The notes below the pieces were generated by a model. The model was given only the letters and a program-made list of their open reading frames with translations, had not been told where the DNA came from and ran no database searches. 64,000 bases of DNA from an uncultured Candidatus Saccharibacteria bacterium. Its GTDB lineage: Bacteria; Patescibacteriota; Doudnabacteria; UBA920; 2-01-FULL-46-14. Positions 56,708 through 64,000 of the stretch are shown one piece after another. The translations under genes and the position numbers were made by a program. Numbering within the stretch: position 1 is the first letter of the stretch; each line of letters begins with the position of its first letter. The stretch covers positions 804 to 64,803 of the forward strand of contig CAYHVH010000002.1 of assembly GCA_964360335.1 (NCBI GenBank), in the 5' to 3' direction.

Positions 56708-58807
56708 CTAAACCAAAAACCTCACAATCAGCAAGGCGACGATATTGATGATTTTAATCATCGGGTTGATGGCTGGCCCGGCTGTGTCTTTGTACGGATC
56801 GCCGACCGTGTCGCCGGTGACAGCCGCGGCGTGGGCCGGGGAGCCCTTGCCGTCCAGGTTTCCTTCCTCAATAAACTTTTTGGCATTGTCCCAAGCTGCC
56901 CCGCCGGAAGTCATGGAGATTGCCACAAACAGGCCAGTGATGATGGAACCCACGAGTAATCCGCCGAGGGCCTTGGGGCCAAGCGTAAAACCAACTAAAA
57001 TCGGCACGGCGACCGGCAGCAGTGCTGGAATTATCATCTCCTTAATTGCGGCCCGGGTTACAATATCAACTGCCCGGGCATAATCCGGCTTTGTCGTGCC
57101 TGCCATAATTCCTTTGATTTCCCGAAATTGCCGCCGGACTTCTTCTACTACGGCGCTCCCGGCTTTCCCCACCGCCCGCATGGCCATCGAGCCGAAAAGA
57201 TAGGGAAGGAGCGCGCCGATTAAAAGTCCCGCCAAAACTTCCACATCAGACAATTCGAACGCAAGACGCGCTCCTAGACCAGCCAGTTCCTGGGTATACG
57301 CGCCAAACAGGACAAGTGCGGCAAGGCCAGCCGACGCGATAGCATAGCCCTTGGTCACGGCCTTCGTGGTATTACCAACGGCATCCAGAGCGTCGGTTAC
57401 TTTTCGCACATCGTCCGGGAGATGAGCCATTTCCGCAATTCCACCAGCGTTGTCCGTGATTGGGCCAAATGCATCAACCGCAACGATGATACCAGTAAGT
57501 GACAGGAGCGCTACGACAGCAATGCCTACTCCATAGATGCCCGCTAAGCCAAAACTCACCAGAATCCCGGCAACGATCAGAAGGGCAGGTAATGCGGTCG
57601 ACTCCATGCTCATCGCAAGACCGGTGATGATGTTTGTGCCATGCCCGGTCGTCGAAGATTTGGCAATTGACTGTACGGGACGGAATTTTTTTGAGGTGTA
57701 ATATTCGGTTATAACAAACATCCCCAGGGCGATTAAAAGTCCAACAGCGGAAGCCAAAAAGACATGACTAGGAGACGGCAAATTGACGAGCTCGCATTTC
57801 GCTCCGACCATGTCCGGGCAGCCGCCACTGATTTGTCCGTTGATCAGAAAGTAATCCCCTATGTACATCGAGTCAAAGCTTTTCAGGCCAAGAGCGGTTG
57901 GGTTGGCAATCACGTAGTAGAAACCTAATAGCCCCAGCATCCCGCTAACTAGGAGACCCTTATAGAGCGCAGTCATAATCTTTAGCTTTTCTGATTTCGG
58001 GAGTCTCACGAAAAAAGAACCAATAATGGAAGCGAATATTGCGATGCCCCCCATAACCAAAGGCAGGTTCACCACTCCGGCCGAGCCTGGATACAGGAGT
58101 TTTCCAAGAAGCATCACAGACAGGAGAGAAACTACGTAAGTCTCGAAAAGGTCCGCGGCCATGCCTGCGCAATCACCGACATTGTCACCCACATTATCCG
58201 CAATGACTCCTGGATTGCGCGGGTCGTCCTCCGGGATACCCGCCTCAATTTTCCCTACCAAGTCCGCGCCGACATCCGCGCCTTTGGTGAAAATTCCGCC
58301 GCCTAAGCGGGCAAAAACAGAAATGAGCGAGCCGCCAAAGCCCAGACCGACCAACGCTTTCAAGTCCCCGGTTACGGCGTAAAATCCGGCGACGGACAGC
58401 AAAGCCAGGCCTACCACCAGGAAACCGGTAACCGAGCCGCCCTTGAAGGCCAAGTGCAACGCCTGCGCAAGTCCGCTTTTCGCCGCCTCGGCAGTCCGGA
58501 CATTAGCCCGCACTGATACACTCATTCCAATATACCCGGCCAAAGCCGAAGCGACAGCGCCCACCAGAAACGCCAGAGCGGTCGAACCGTTGAGCAGAAG
58601 CCAAATCAGAATGGCGAGGACCACAGCCACAATCCCGACCGCGAGATATTGCCTCTTGAGATACGCTCTCGCGCCCTCCTGAATGGCCGCGGCAATACTT
58701 CGCATTTTTTCATCACCAGCCGGCTTCTGGACGATTTGATAGGTCAAAAGCAAACCGTAACCGATAGCCAGAAGCGACGAAATGATCGCAAACCCTAAAA
58801 CACTCAT
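56708..58807 (-). CDS. hppA: Membrane H+-translocating pyrophosphatase, K+-independent type
   Basis: [40 protein letters not shown] (Lys at the K+-dependence site), [10 protein letters not shown]. Confidence 0.95.
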   Translation of the reverse strand: MSVLGFAIISSLLAIGYGLLLTYQIVQKPAGDEKMRSIAAAIQEGARAYLKRQYLAVGIVAVVLAILIWLLLNGSTALAFLVGAVASALAGYIGMSVSVRANVRTAEAAKSGLAQALHLAFKGGSVTGFLVVGLALLSVAGFYAVTGDLKALVGLGFGGSLISVFARLGGGIFTKGADVGADLVGKIEAGIPEDDPRNPGVIADNVGDNVGDCAGMAADLFETYVVSLLSVMLLGKLLYPGSAGVVNLPLVMGGIAIFASIIGSFFVRLPKSEKLKIMTALYKGLLVSGMLGLLGFYYVIANPTALGLKSFDSMYIGDYFLINGQISGGCPDMVGAKCELVNLPSPSHVFLASAVGLLIALGMFVITEYYTSKKFRPVQSIAKSSTTGHGTNIITGLAMSMESTALPALLIVAGILVSFGLAGIYGVGIAVVALLSLTGIIVAVDAFGPITDNAGGIAEMAHLPDDVRKVTDALDAVGNTTKAVTKGYAIASAGLAALVLFGAYTQELAGLGARLAFELSDVEVLAGLLIGALLPYLFGSMAMRAVGKAGSAVVEEVRRQFREIKGIMAGTTKPDYARAVDIVTRAAIKEMIIPALLPVAVPILVGFTLGPKALGGLLVGSIITGLFVAISMTSGGAAWDNAKKFIEEGNLDGKGSPAHAAAVTGDTVGDPYKDTAGPAINPMIKIINIVALLIVRFLV

Positions 58808-59000
58808 AATATTAAAAAAATTAACTTCTCGCCATAACTTCAATTACCCTAATTCTAGCCAAAAAGGGGGCGAACACGCAAATCTCTGAAAAACTTATCC
58901 ACACAGAATTTTGGCGCTCCCGGAAGCTTTCTTTTATAATGGATGTGAAAAAAGATGCAGGCGAGACTGAAGCCCAGAAGGAAAGGGGGTGATTAGCAAG

Positions 59001-59360
59001 ATGGCAAAAACGTTTGCAATGTTAGTAGGATGGGTACTGGTTATTGTTGGAGTTCTCAACTTCTTTGTAGAACCGATTAGACTTCTGCCCGCGCACGGTG
59101 TGTTTCACATTGCCGCCGGTGCTTTAGGTATTTGGGCCGCCAAAAGCCACGCTGTAGGATATGCGATGTGGGTCGGAATTATCGGGGTGGTGTTGGCAGT
59201 TTTGGGATTCTTTGGACTCACAAACGTCCTCGATTTGATTAATCTCCCTACCTGGATCAACGTCATTCACCTGGTCTTGGGAATCTGGGGTCTGTGGACG
59301 TACTGGGCGGCAACCAAGAAACCAGCTGCGACCGGAGCCGGTCCCGCCGGGGCGATGTAG
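59001..59360 (+). CDS. Four-TM membrane protein (DUF4383-like)
   Basis: Repeated H-containing TM motif (HGVFHI, NVIHL). Confidence 0.7.
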   Translation: MAKTFAMLVGWVLVIVGVLNFFVEPIRLLPAHGVFHIAAGALGIWAAKSHAVGYAMWVGIIGVVLAVLGFFGLTNVLDLINLPTWINVIHLVLGIWGLWTYWAATKKPAATGAGPAGAM

Positions 59361-59490
59361 TTAGTCTAGAAATTTGCGATAAACCCCGCACCACTTTTGC
59401 TTAGGTTCGGGTCGGTAGTTATGGTAATCCGAGGATTTCTCGTCGCTTATCCTAAAAAGCATACTCCGTTCAAAAGTCGTCGGGGTAAAC

Positions 59491-59521
59491 CAAAAACCCT
59501 CGCTCCTAGCGGGGGTTTTTG
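59491..59521. terminator. Bidirectional terminator-like hairpin
   Basis: CAAAAACCCTCGC-TCCTA-GCGGGGGTTTTTG. Confidence 0.65.
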
Positions 59522-59689
59522 TCATTCCTGACGCGGTTTCTTGAAGACAGCAAACATTTCCTGCCGGTAGCGATACAAGAAATAGAACATTGCCAATATT
59601 ACCAGGGCAAATTCCAGCTGGTGAAGATAGTGTACGAGCCACTCCTGAAGGGGATTGGTTGTTGCTCGCGAAGGAAGCTCGTGATGCAT
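59522..59689 (-). CDS. Small single-TM hypothetical protein
   Basis: MHHELP...FALVILAMFYFLY; follows the RRM gene and precedes a terminator. Confidence 0.4.
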   Translation of the reverse strand: MHHELPSRATTNPLQEWLVHYLHQLEFALVILAMFYFLYRYRQEMFAVFKKPRQE

Positions 59690-59744
59690 AGAAAGGCAAA
59701 CTCCGCCCTCGATAAGCTCGGGGCGGAGTCGCAAGTCTCAAACC

Positions 59745-60071
59745 TTAAAAACTATCCTGCCGTGATCCGTAGCCGCCTCTGCCACCGCCGCGGTCGCCGA
59801 AATTTCGGCGGGGGGCGCGGGGCTGCAAGGGACGGGCTTCGTTGACCACAATCTTTCTGCCTTCGATCTCATAGCCATTGAGCATTTCAACAGCCTTGTC
59901 CGACTCCTCGTCGGATGACATCTCGACAAACCCGAAGCCTTTGGACCGGCCGGAGAATTTGTCGGTGATGACGGAGGCAGAAGAGACGGTGCCTGCTTGG
60001 GAAAAAAGATCCTGCAGGTCGCGATCAGTGGTTTTGTAAGGAAGACTCCCTACGAAAAGCCGTTTGGTCAC
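59745..60071 (-). CDS. RRM-domain RNA-binding protein with Gly/Arg tail
   Basis: RNP2 LFVGSL, RNP1 KGFGFVEM, VVNEARP; GTG start. Confidence 0.93.
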   Translation of the reverse strand: MTKRLFVGSLPYKTTDRDLQDLFSQAGTVSSASVITDKFSGRSKGFGFVEMSSDEESDKAVEMLNGYEIEGRKIVVNEARPLQPRAPRRNFGDRGGGRGGYGSRQDSF

Positions 60072-60218
60072 TTCTCTGTCCTTATTTAGCACGAGTAGGG
60101 GTCCGAACAAAACCACACTAACTAGTTGCTAACTTGTTAAGATTCAAGCAGTTCACGGGTCCGCGAACGGATGTGTGTTCGTACTGCCTCCGCAGTATAA
60201 CCCACAGCGCCAAATAAA

Positions 60219-60359
60219 TCAAGTGCGTGAGGGTTTTCTGGCAAAAAGCCCCTGCACGAAGCTCTTGGTCAGGTGGACGAGCTGCCGCATAAACAAAAAC
60301 GCGGCAACTGCCGTATTTAGCCGCGCTCGCCGGTCATACCATTGCCAAAACCTCTTCAT
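60219..60359 (-). other. Possible 46-aa small ORF or truncated membrane protein gene
   Basis: MKRFWQWYDRRARLNTAVAAFLFMRQLVHL...; co-oriented and 14 nt downstream of the previous gene. Confidence 0.35.
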
Positions 60360-60373
60360 CCCCAGGGGAGAAA

Positions 60374-60631
60374 CTAGAGGCTGTTCAAGTCAGCATCGAC
60401 CGCCTGAAATTCGGCGTCCAGATCCCCAAGGTTAAGAGTCCCGAGATCCTGCTCAATACTCATGGTCTGGTCGTCTGGTGCCGCCGAGAGGTCCTGCTGC
60501 CCGGCCGGGGGTGTGGCCAGTGGTTGAGGAGATCCCTTCCGGCCCGGCCCGATAAACTGGGTGAAGAGCAGGGCCAAGACCGTCACCGCGACGATGAAGA
60601 CCACCAGAAAAATTAGTTTTTTGTAATTCAT
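60374..60631 (-). CDS. Small membrane-anchored acidic protein
   Basis: N-terminal TM segment, acidic C-terminus. Confidence 0.7.
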   Translation of the reverse strand: MNYKKLIFLVVFIVAVTVLALLFTQFIGPGRKGSPQPLATPPAGQQDLSAAPDDQTMSIEQDLGTLNLGDLDAEFQAVDADLNSL

Positions 60632-61497
60632 GGCAATAACTGGCTGGTTGAAGTGTTCTCGGCTTCATCTTCAGGTTCGATGTCGACTCGGGGAATTTTC
60701 GCCAAGGAAACGGCGGCGTTACGGACCGCGTCATGGGCCGCTTTTACCGTCTGGCGAACCCGCCGCAAATCGGCGTGGAGCGCCTGCCTGGCTTTGCCGA
60801 CATCAACGCGTAAAGCCCCTTCGGTGCTGATCACAATCTCATAGGTCTTGCCTGCCTGAGTTTCGACTGCAGAGCGGCTCGCCCGGATGGCCTCGTCCGC
60901 CTCCGTGATGGCCTGCCGAACGGCGCTCACGTCCAAACCCCGTTCGGCCGCCTTGTCGGCCCGGCTACTCACTCGCTCCAAAATTCCCTCAAGCTTGTCC
61001 AGAACATTCGATAAGTGATTCAGGACCCGCTTGTTCAGCTCGTCTAGCTGCTCGTCAATGCGTTCCACGACCCGCTTTTTCCGCTCGTCCCGAATCTTCG
61101 CCAAACGGGCTTTGAGCTCTTCGCGCTTTTCTCTAATCCGTGCTTCCAAATCCTCCCGCTTCTCCTCCAGACGCTGCTGAAATTCATCGCGACGTTCTTG
61201 AAATTTCTCCTTCAGTTCCTCGCGTTTCTCCTGGAGGCGATTCTTCAATTCCTCAAGCCGTTTTTCCCGCTCCTCGTCATCCAGACGGCCGTCTCGCGGG
61301 GTACTCGTGGCGTTGAGGGCACCCACGCGCCGAGTTTCGGTCCCGACTTCCTGGCCTGCTTCCCTTACTCGACTCTGACCCTGCTGCGCGGCCTCTTGCC
61401 TCGACTTCGGGGGTCGGATCTCATTCGTTTGAGCCAAAGCCGGGGAGGCCAGCAAAAAAACGAGGAGGAAGATAGCGAGAATTTTTGTTTCAGTCAT
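60628..61497 (-). CDS. Secreted coiled-coil protein
   Basis: Signal peptide ending ALA-Q; long E/R/K-rich heptads. Confidence 0.8.
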   Translation of the reverse strand: MTETKILAIFLLVFLLASPALAQTNEIRPPKSRQEAAQQGQSRVREAGQEVGTETRRVGALNATSTPRDGRLDDEEREKRLEELKNRLQEKREELKEKFQERRDEFQQRLEEKREDLEARIREKREELKARLAKIRDERKKRVVERIDEQLDELNKRVLNHLSNVLDKLEGILERVSSRADKAAERGLDVSAVRQAITEADEAIRASRSAVETQAGKTYEIVISTEGALRVDVGKARQALHADLRRVRQTVKAAHDAVRNAAVSLAKIPRVDIEPEDEAENTSTSQLLP

Positions 61498-61550
61498 ACC
61501 TGCATTAAAGACTAAGGTCTAAGGCTTTGTCAAAAAATCAGTGGATAAAT

Positions 61551-62030
61551 TTAGTCTGTTTTCTGGAGCGGGGGATAAAAATCTTTATCGATTGTTCGCT
61601 CGAAGCATATATAACCCACGGCGTGATCCCAAGCCTCAACCCCAGAGTACGGAGCGACCGGTCGCGGTCCTTTGGCCGGAATGAAGGCTTCTGGTTCTCG
61701 TCCACTGGCAGACGGGCTCGAGCGGAGAAAGGTTGCGCAGAGGGCGAAGGTCAGGGGACCTCTAACCTCGTAGCCATACTCCGCGCCTGTCTGCGGATCG
61801 AGCGGCACTACTGTCCCGCGAATGTCATCTCGGAGATCAAGAAGTCTCGCCGGCAGGCGATCTTTACCTTGCCAGTAATAAATGATTTCCGACTGCAGAT
61901 ACTGAAGGTTCTGCACGCGTCGTTCGTCAAAACTGCGCAGACGCTGGTCCTGCGGGGAGCCGACGACAAAAAATCCCGCAATAACAGAAGCGGTGACAAC
62001 GGCAATGATGAGGTAGATGAAGTACTTCAT
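61551..62030 (-). CDS. Membrane-anchored protein resembling the C-terminal half of DUF5671-type proteins
   Basis: GFFVVGSP..QR...FDERRV..LQ, DPQTG..Y.Y, LCATF. Confidence 0.7.
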   Translation of the reverse strand: MKYFIYLIIAVVTASVIAGFFVVGSPQDQRLRSFDERRVQNLQYLQSEIIYYWQGKDRLPARLLDLRDDIRGTVVPLDPQTGAEYGYEVRGPLTFALCATFLRSSPSASGREPEAFIPAKGPRPVAPYSGVEAWDHAVGYICFERTIDKDFYPPLQKTD

Positions 62031-62035
62031 CGGAA

Positions 62036-62542
62036 CTAACCCTCGTCCTTGTGTTTGCGCAGATCCCAGAGATAGTAGGAAAAAACTGAAACCGCGATAA
62101 ACATGACGGTCAGAATTTTCAGGATAAACCGCCATGTCAGATCGCCGCCGAGGAGGCTGTAAACGAGCGTTACCAAATCGACAATGATGATTATCGCGGC
62201 GAGAAACAGCGTGAGATAAATGAGCCACTTCCGGGTGCGCAAATTGAGCTTCTCGGGGCTCGCGGAGTAGATTTTGTTGAGGTACCGCGTCACCAGGACA
62301 TAGGTCGGAAAAACTATGATCAGGGAGGCAATAGATAACCGAATGGAGTTATAAGCGGCCGACAGCGAATAAGAGTTGCCCCCTTCTAGCGGATCCGGGA
62401 TGCCGATGTTGATGTACTGGAAGATGAGAAGCCCGAATCGAATCGCGCTGAAGTACAGGGTAAAAATCGCCAGGAGATGCAAAAATACATCCTTTGGCCC
62501 GGTTTTAGGTCTTGGTGTTTGTTGCAAAAATGGCTCTGCCAT
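62036..62542 (-). CDS. DUF5671-like membrane protein
   Basis: PKDVFLHLL..TLY, RKWLIYLTLF, DLVTL...LGGDLTWRFILK. Confidence 0.75.
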   Translation of the reverse strand: MAEPFLQQTPRPKTGPKDVFLHLLAIFTLYFSAIRFGLLIFQYINIGIPDPLEGGNSYSLSAAYNSIRLSIASLIIVFPTYVLVTRYLNKIYSASPEKLNLRTRKWLIYLTLFLAAIIIIVDLVTLVYSLLGGDLTWRFILKILTVMFIAVSVFSYYLWDLRKHKDEG

Positions 62543-62580
62543 GCAGTTCCAATTTAGCATATCCGATCTCGAAGTGCAAA

Positions 62581-64000
62581 TCAGGCGTGGTAGGTTTCGG
62601 TATAACCCGGGAAGTAATCCCGCTTGATGTTTCCCGAGGCCACTCCCATACCGGACAGCATTTTTTCAAAGGCCTCAACCATCGGTTCCGGCCCGGAAAC
62701 ATAAAACCGGGCGGTTTGCCAGTCCGGTACTTCGGCCCGAATCATTTCCTGGTCCACAAATCCCACGCGCCCGGCCCAGTCCTTAGGCGCTTCTAGCTTA
62801 TCGGTGAGAACATAGATGACCTCGAGCCGCAATTTCCGGCTTCCCTCCTCAAAAATTTCCCGAAACGCGACGTCCTTTGCGGTTTTGCAGGAATAAAGCA
62901 GAGTGATTTTGTAGCTTGTGTTTTGCCGGTCCGAAAGGTCCTTAATCATGCTGCGGAAGGGCGTAATGCCGATGCCGCCGGCGATAAAAACGCACGGTTG
63001 ACTTGGAGTGGGCGGGAGTACAAATTCTCCCTCCCGATTGGAGACAATGATGTCGTCGCCGGCCTTAAGGGCGTTCAGGGCTTTTTTGAAACTGCTGGAG
63101 TCAGGCGAGAATTTCGTGGCGAGAAGAATACGACTTTCCGTCGGCGAGGAAGCAATTGTGAAATAACGGCGCACGCCGCGGCTATCAGGATGGGAGTGTG
63201 GTAAGGTCCACTCCAAAAACTGGCCGGCCGTAAAGGGAAAGGGATGCTGAGGTTCAAACCAAAAGGCAGAGGTATTGGCCGCAACCTCCTGTTTCCGCCT
63301 CAGAGTCAGGACCAACCGCGGATCCTGGCTCACGAACCGGGCCACCAGGTTGCCAACGAGAAGAGAAAGCTCCAAACCGTAAGAAATTTGCGCAAAATAT
63401 TTCTGGAGGATTACTGCGACCGCGGCAATCAGAAAGCCGTAACCCAGGCGCCAGCGGCGATCCTGCGGGCCGGTCAGGGGCTCCACCAACATCACGAAAG
63501 AGAAAAAGAGCAGGGGAGAAAACAGGAAGAGATTTTTTGCCGCGTTTAACGTTTGAACTAGAGGCTGCCCTCCTAGAAAAGCAAACAGCACATAAAAAAC
63601 CAAGTAACCCAAAAGAAACGAACCCACTAAATGGAACCGCCGGATTTTGGCGACCACGAGAAGGCCCCCCAGAAGCACGAACGGCAGGAGAATCTGATGC
63701 CCCACCCACCAGCTGGCCCCCTCGCCCAGAAAAAGCGCCACCGCGACGGCCGCGAAAGCGGCCGGATTGAAAATGTGCCGCCGCTTGATGACCAGCAGAT
63801 ATTTCGAAGCCATGGCAATTGCCGCGAGCGCTGTCAAAAACCAAAAATTCGAGGCGACAGAGAGCGGCCCGACAATCAGGGTGAGAATCAAGGCGGTTAT
63901 CGACCGGGATTCCAAATTCGGCCGGGTCCGGAACAGAAAAGCCAACAGCCGATTGGCGAGATAACAAATCAGCACCAAAAAAGCCCCGGAGGAGAGAATA
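62581..64000 (-). CDS. RnfD/NqrB-like membrane domain fused to a ferredoxin-NADP reductase-type FAD/NAD domain (5'-truncated by window edge)
   Basis: HIFNPAA, FVMLVEPLT; RRYFTIASSP, IAGGIGITPFRS, YVSGP..MV, DYFPGY. Confidence 0.85.
   Translation of the reverse strand, partial: ILSSGAFLVLICYLANRLLAFLFRTRPNLESRSITALILTLIVGPLSVASNFWFLTALAAIAMASKYLLVIKRRHIFNPAAFAAVAVALFLGEGASWWVGHQILLPFVLLGGLLVVAKIRRFHLVGSFLLGYLVFYVLFAFLGGQPLVQTLNAAKNLFLFSPLLFFSFVMLVEPLTGPQDRRWRLGYGFLIAAVAVILQKYFAQISYGLELSLLVGNLVARFVSQDPRLVLTLRRKQEVAANTSAFWFEPQHPFPFTAGQFLEWTLPHSHPDSRGVRRYFTIASSPTESRILLATKFSPDSSSFKKALNALKAGDDIIVSNREGEFVLPPTPSQPCVFIAGGIGITPFRSMIKDLSDRQNTSYKITLLYSCKTAKDVAFREIFEEGSRKLRLEVIYVLTDKLEAPKDWAGRVGFVDQEMIRAEVPDWQTARFYVSGPEPMVEAFEKMLSGMGVASGNIKRDYFPGYTETYHA

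Noticed and set aside
58895-58903. DnaA box TTATCCACA as a replication origin
   Set aside because: A single box in a short divergent promoter region; no cluster and no dnaA/dnaN nearby.
59361-59741. 126-aa minus-strand ORF and overlapping 108-aa plus-strand ORF
   Set aside because: They cross a terminator hairpin and a REP-like palindrome and have no protein-like motifs.

Overview
A 64-kb chromosomal segment that looks like a Patescibacteria (CPR) genome. This is inferred from the gene set, compact spacing and CPR-style palindromic repeats. It uses genetic code 11: RF2 is present and TGA is used as stop. Core genes include uvrD-nuclease, gyrB, secE-nusG-rplK-rplA, dcd-dut-tmk-thyA-folA, prfB (+1 frameshift), ftsEX, rplI, pyrG, rpmA, secA, secDF, mnmA, hppA and a CsoR-regulated copper operon. 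The strongest candidate for a new system is at 1-12059: a tandem array of at least seven paralogous proteins. Each has a highly divergent helical N-terminal region and a conserved C-terminal phospho-His swivel (PEP-utiliser mobile) domain, and none has an ATP-grasp domain. The array is interleaved with a histidine phosphatase, a HAD phosphatase, a PRTase and a TA pair. Other highlights: (i) a canonical pheS reduced to an internally deleted relic next to a mitochondrial-type monomeric PheRS; (ii) small integrase-free gene cassettes flanked by duplicated or decayed termini of gyrB and secA; (iii) palindromic repeats inserted in frame into MnmA, UvrD, NnrD and SecA; (iv) one structured repeat that supplies the start codon of both rplK and rpmA; (v) a CDP-archaeol-synthase-like gene beside a PHP/CDP-alcohol phosphotransferase fusion. 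No tRNA, rRNA, CRISPR array, integrase or transposase was recognised. All family assignments come from motif recognition by eye, not from database searches.
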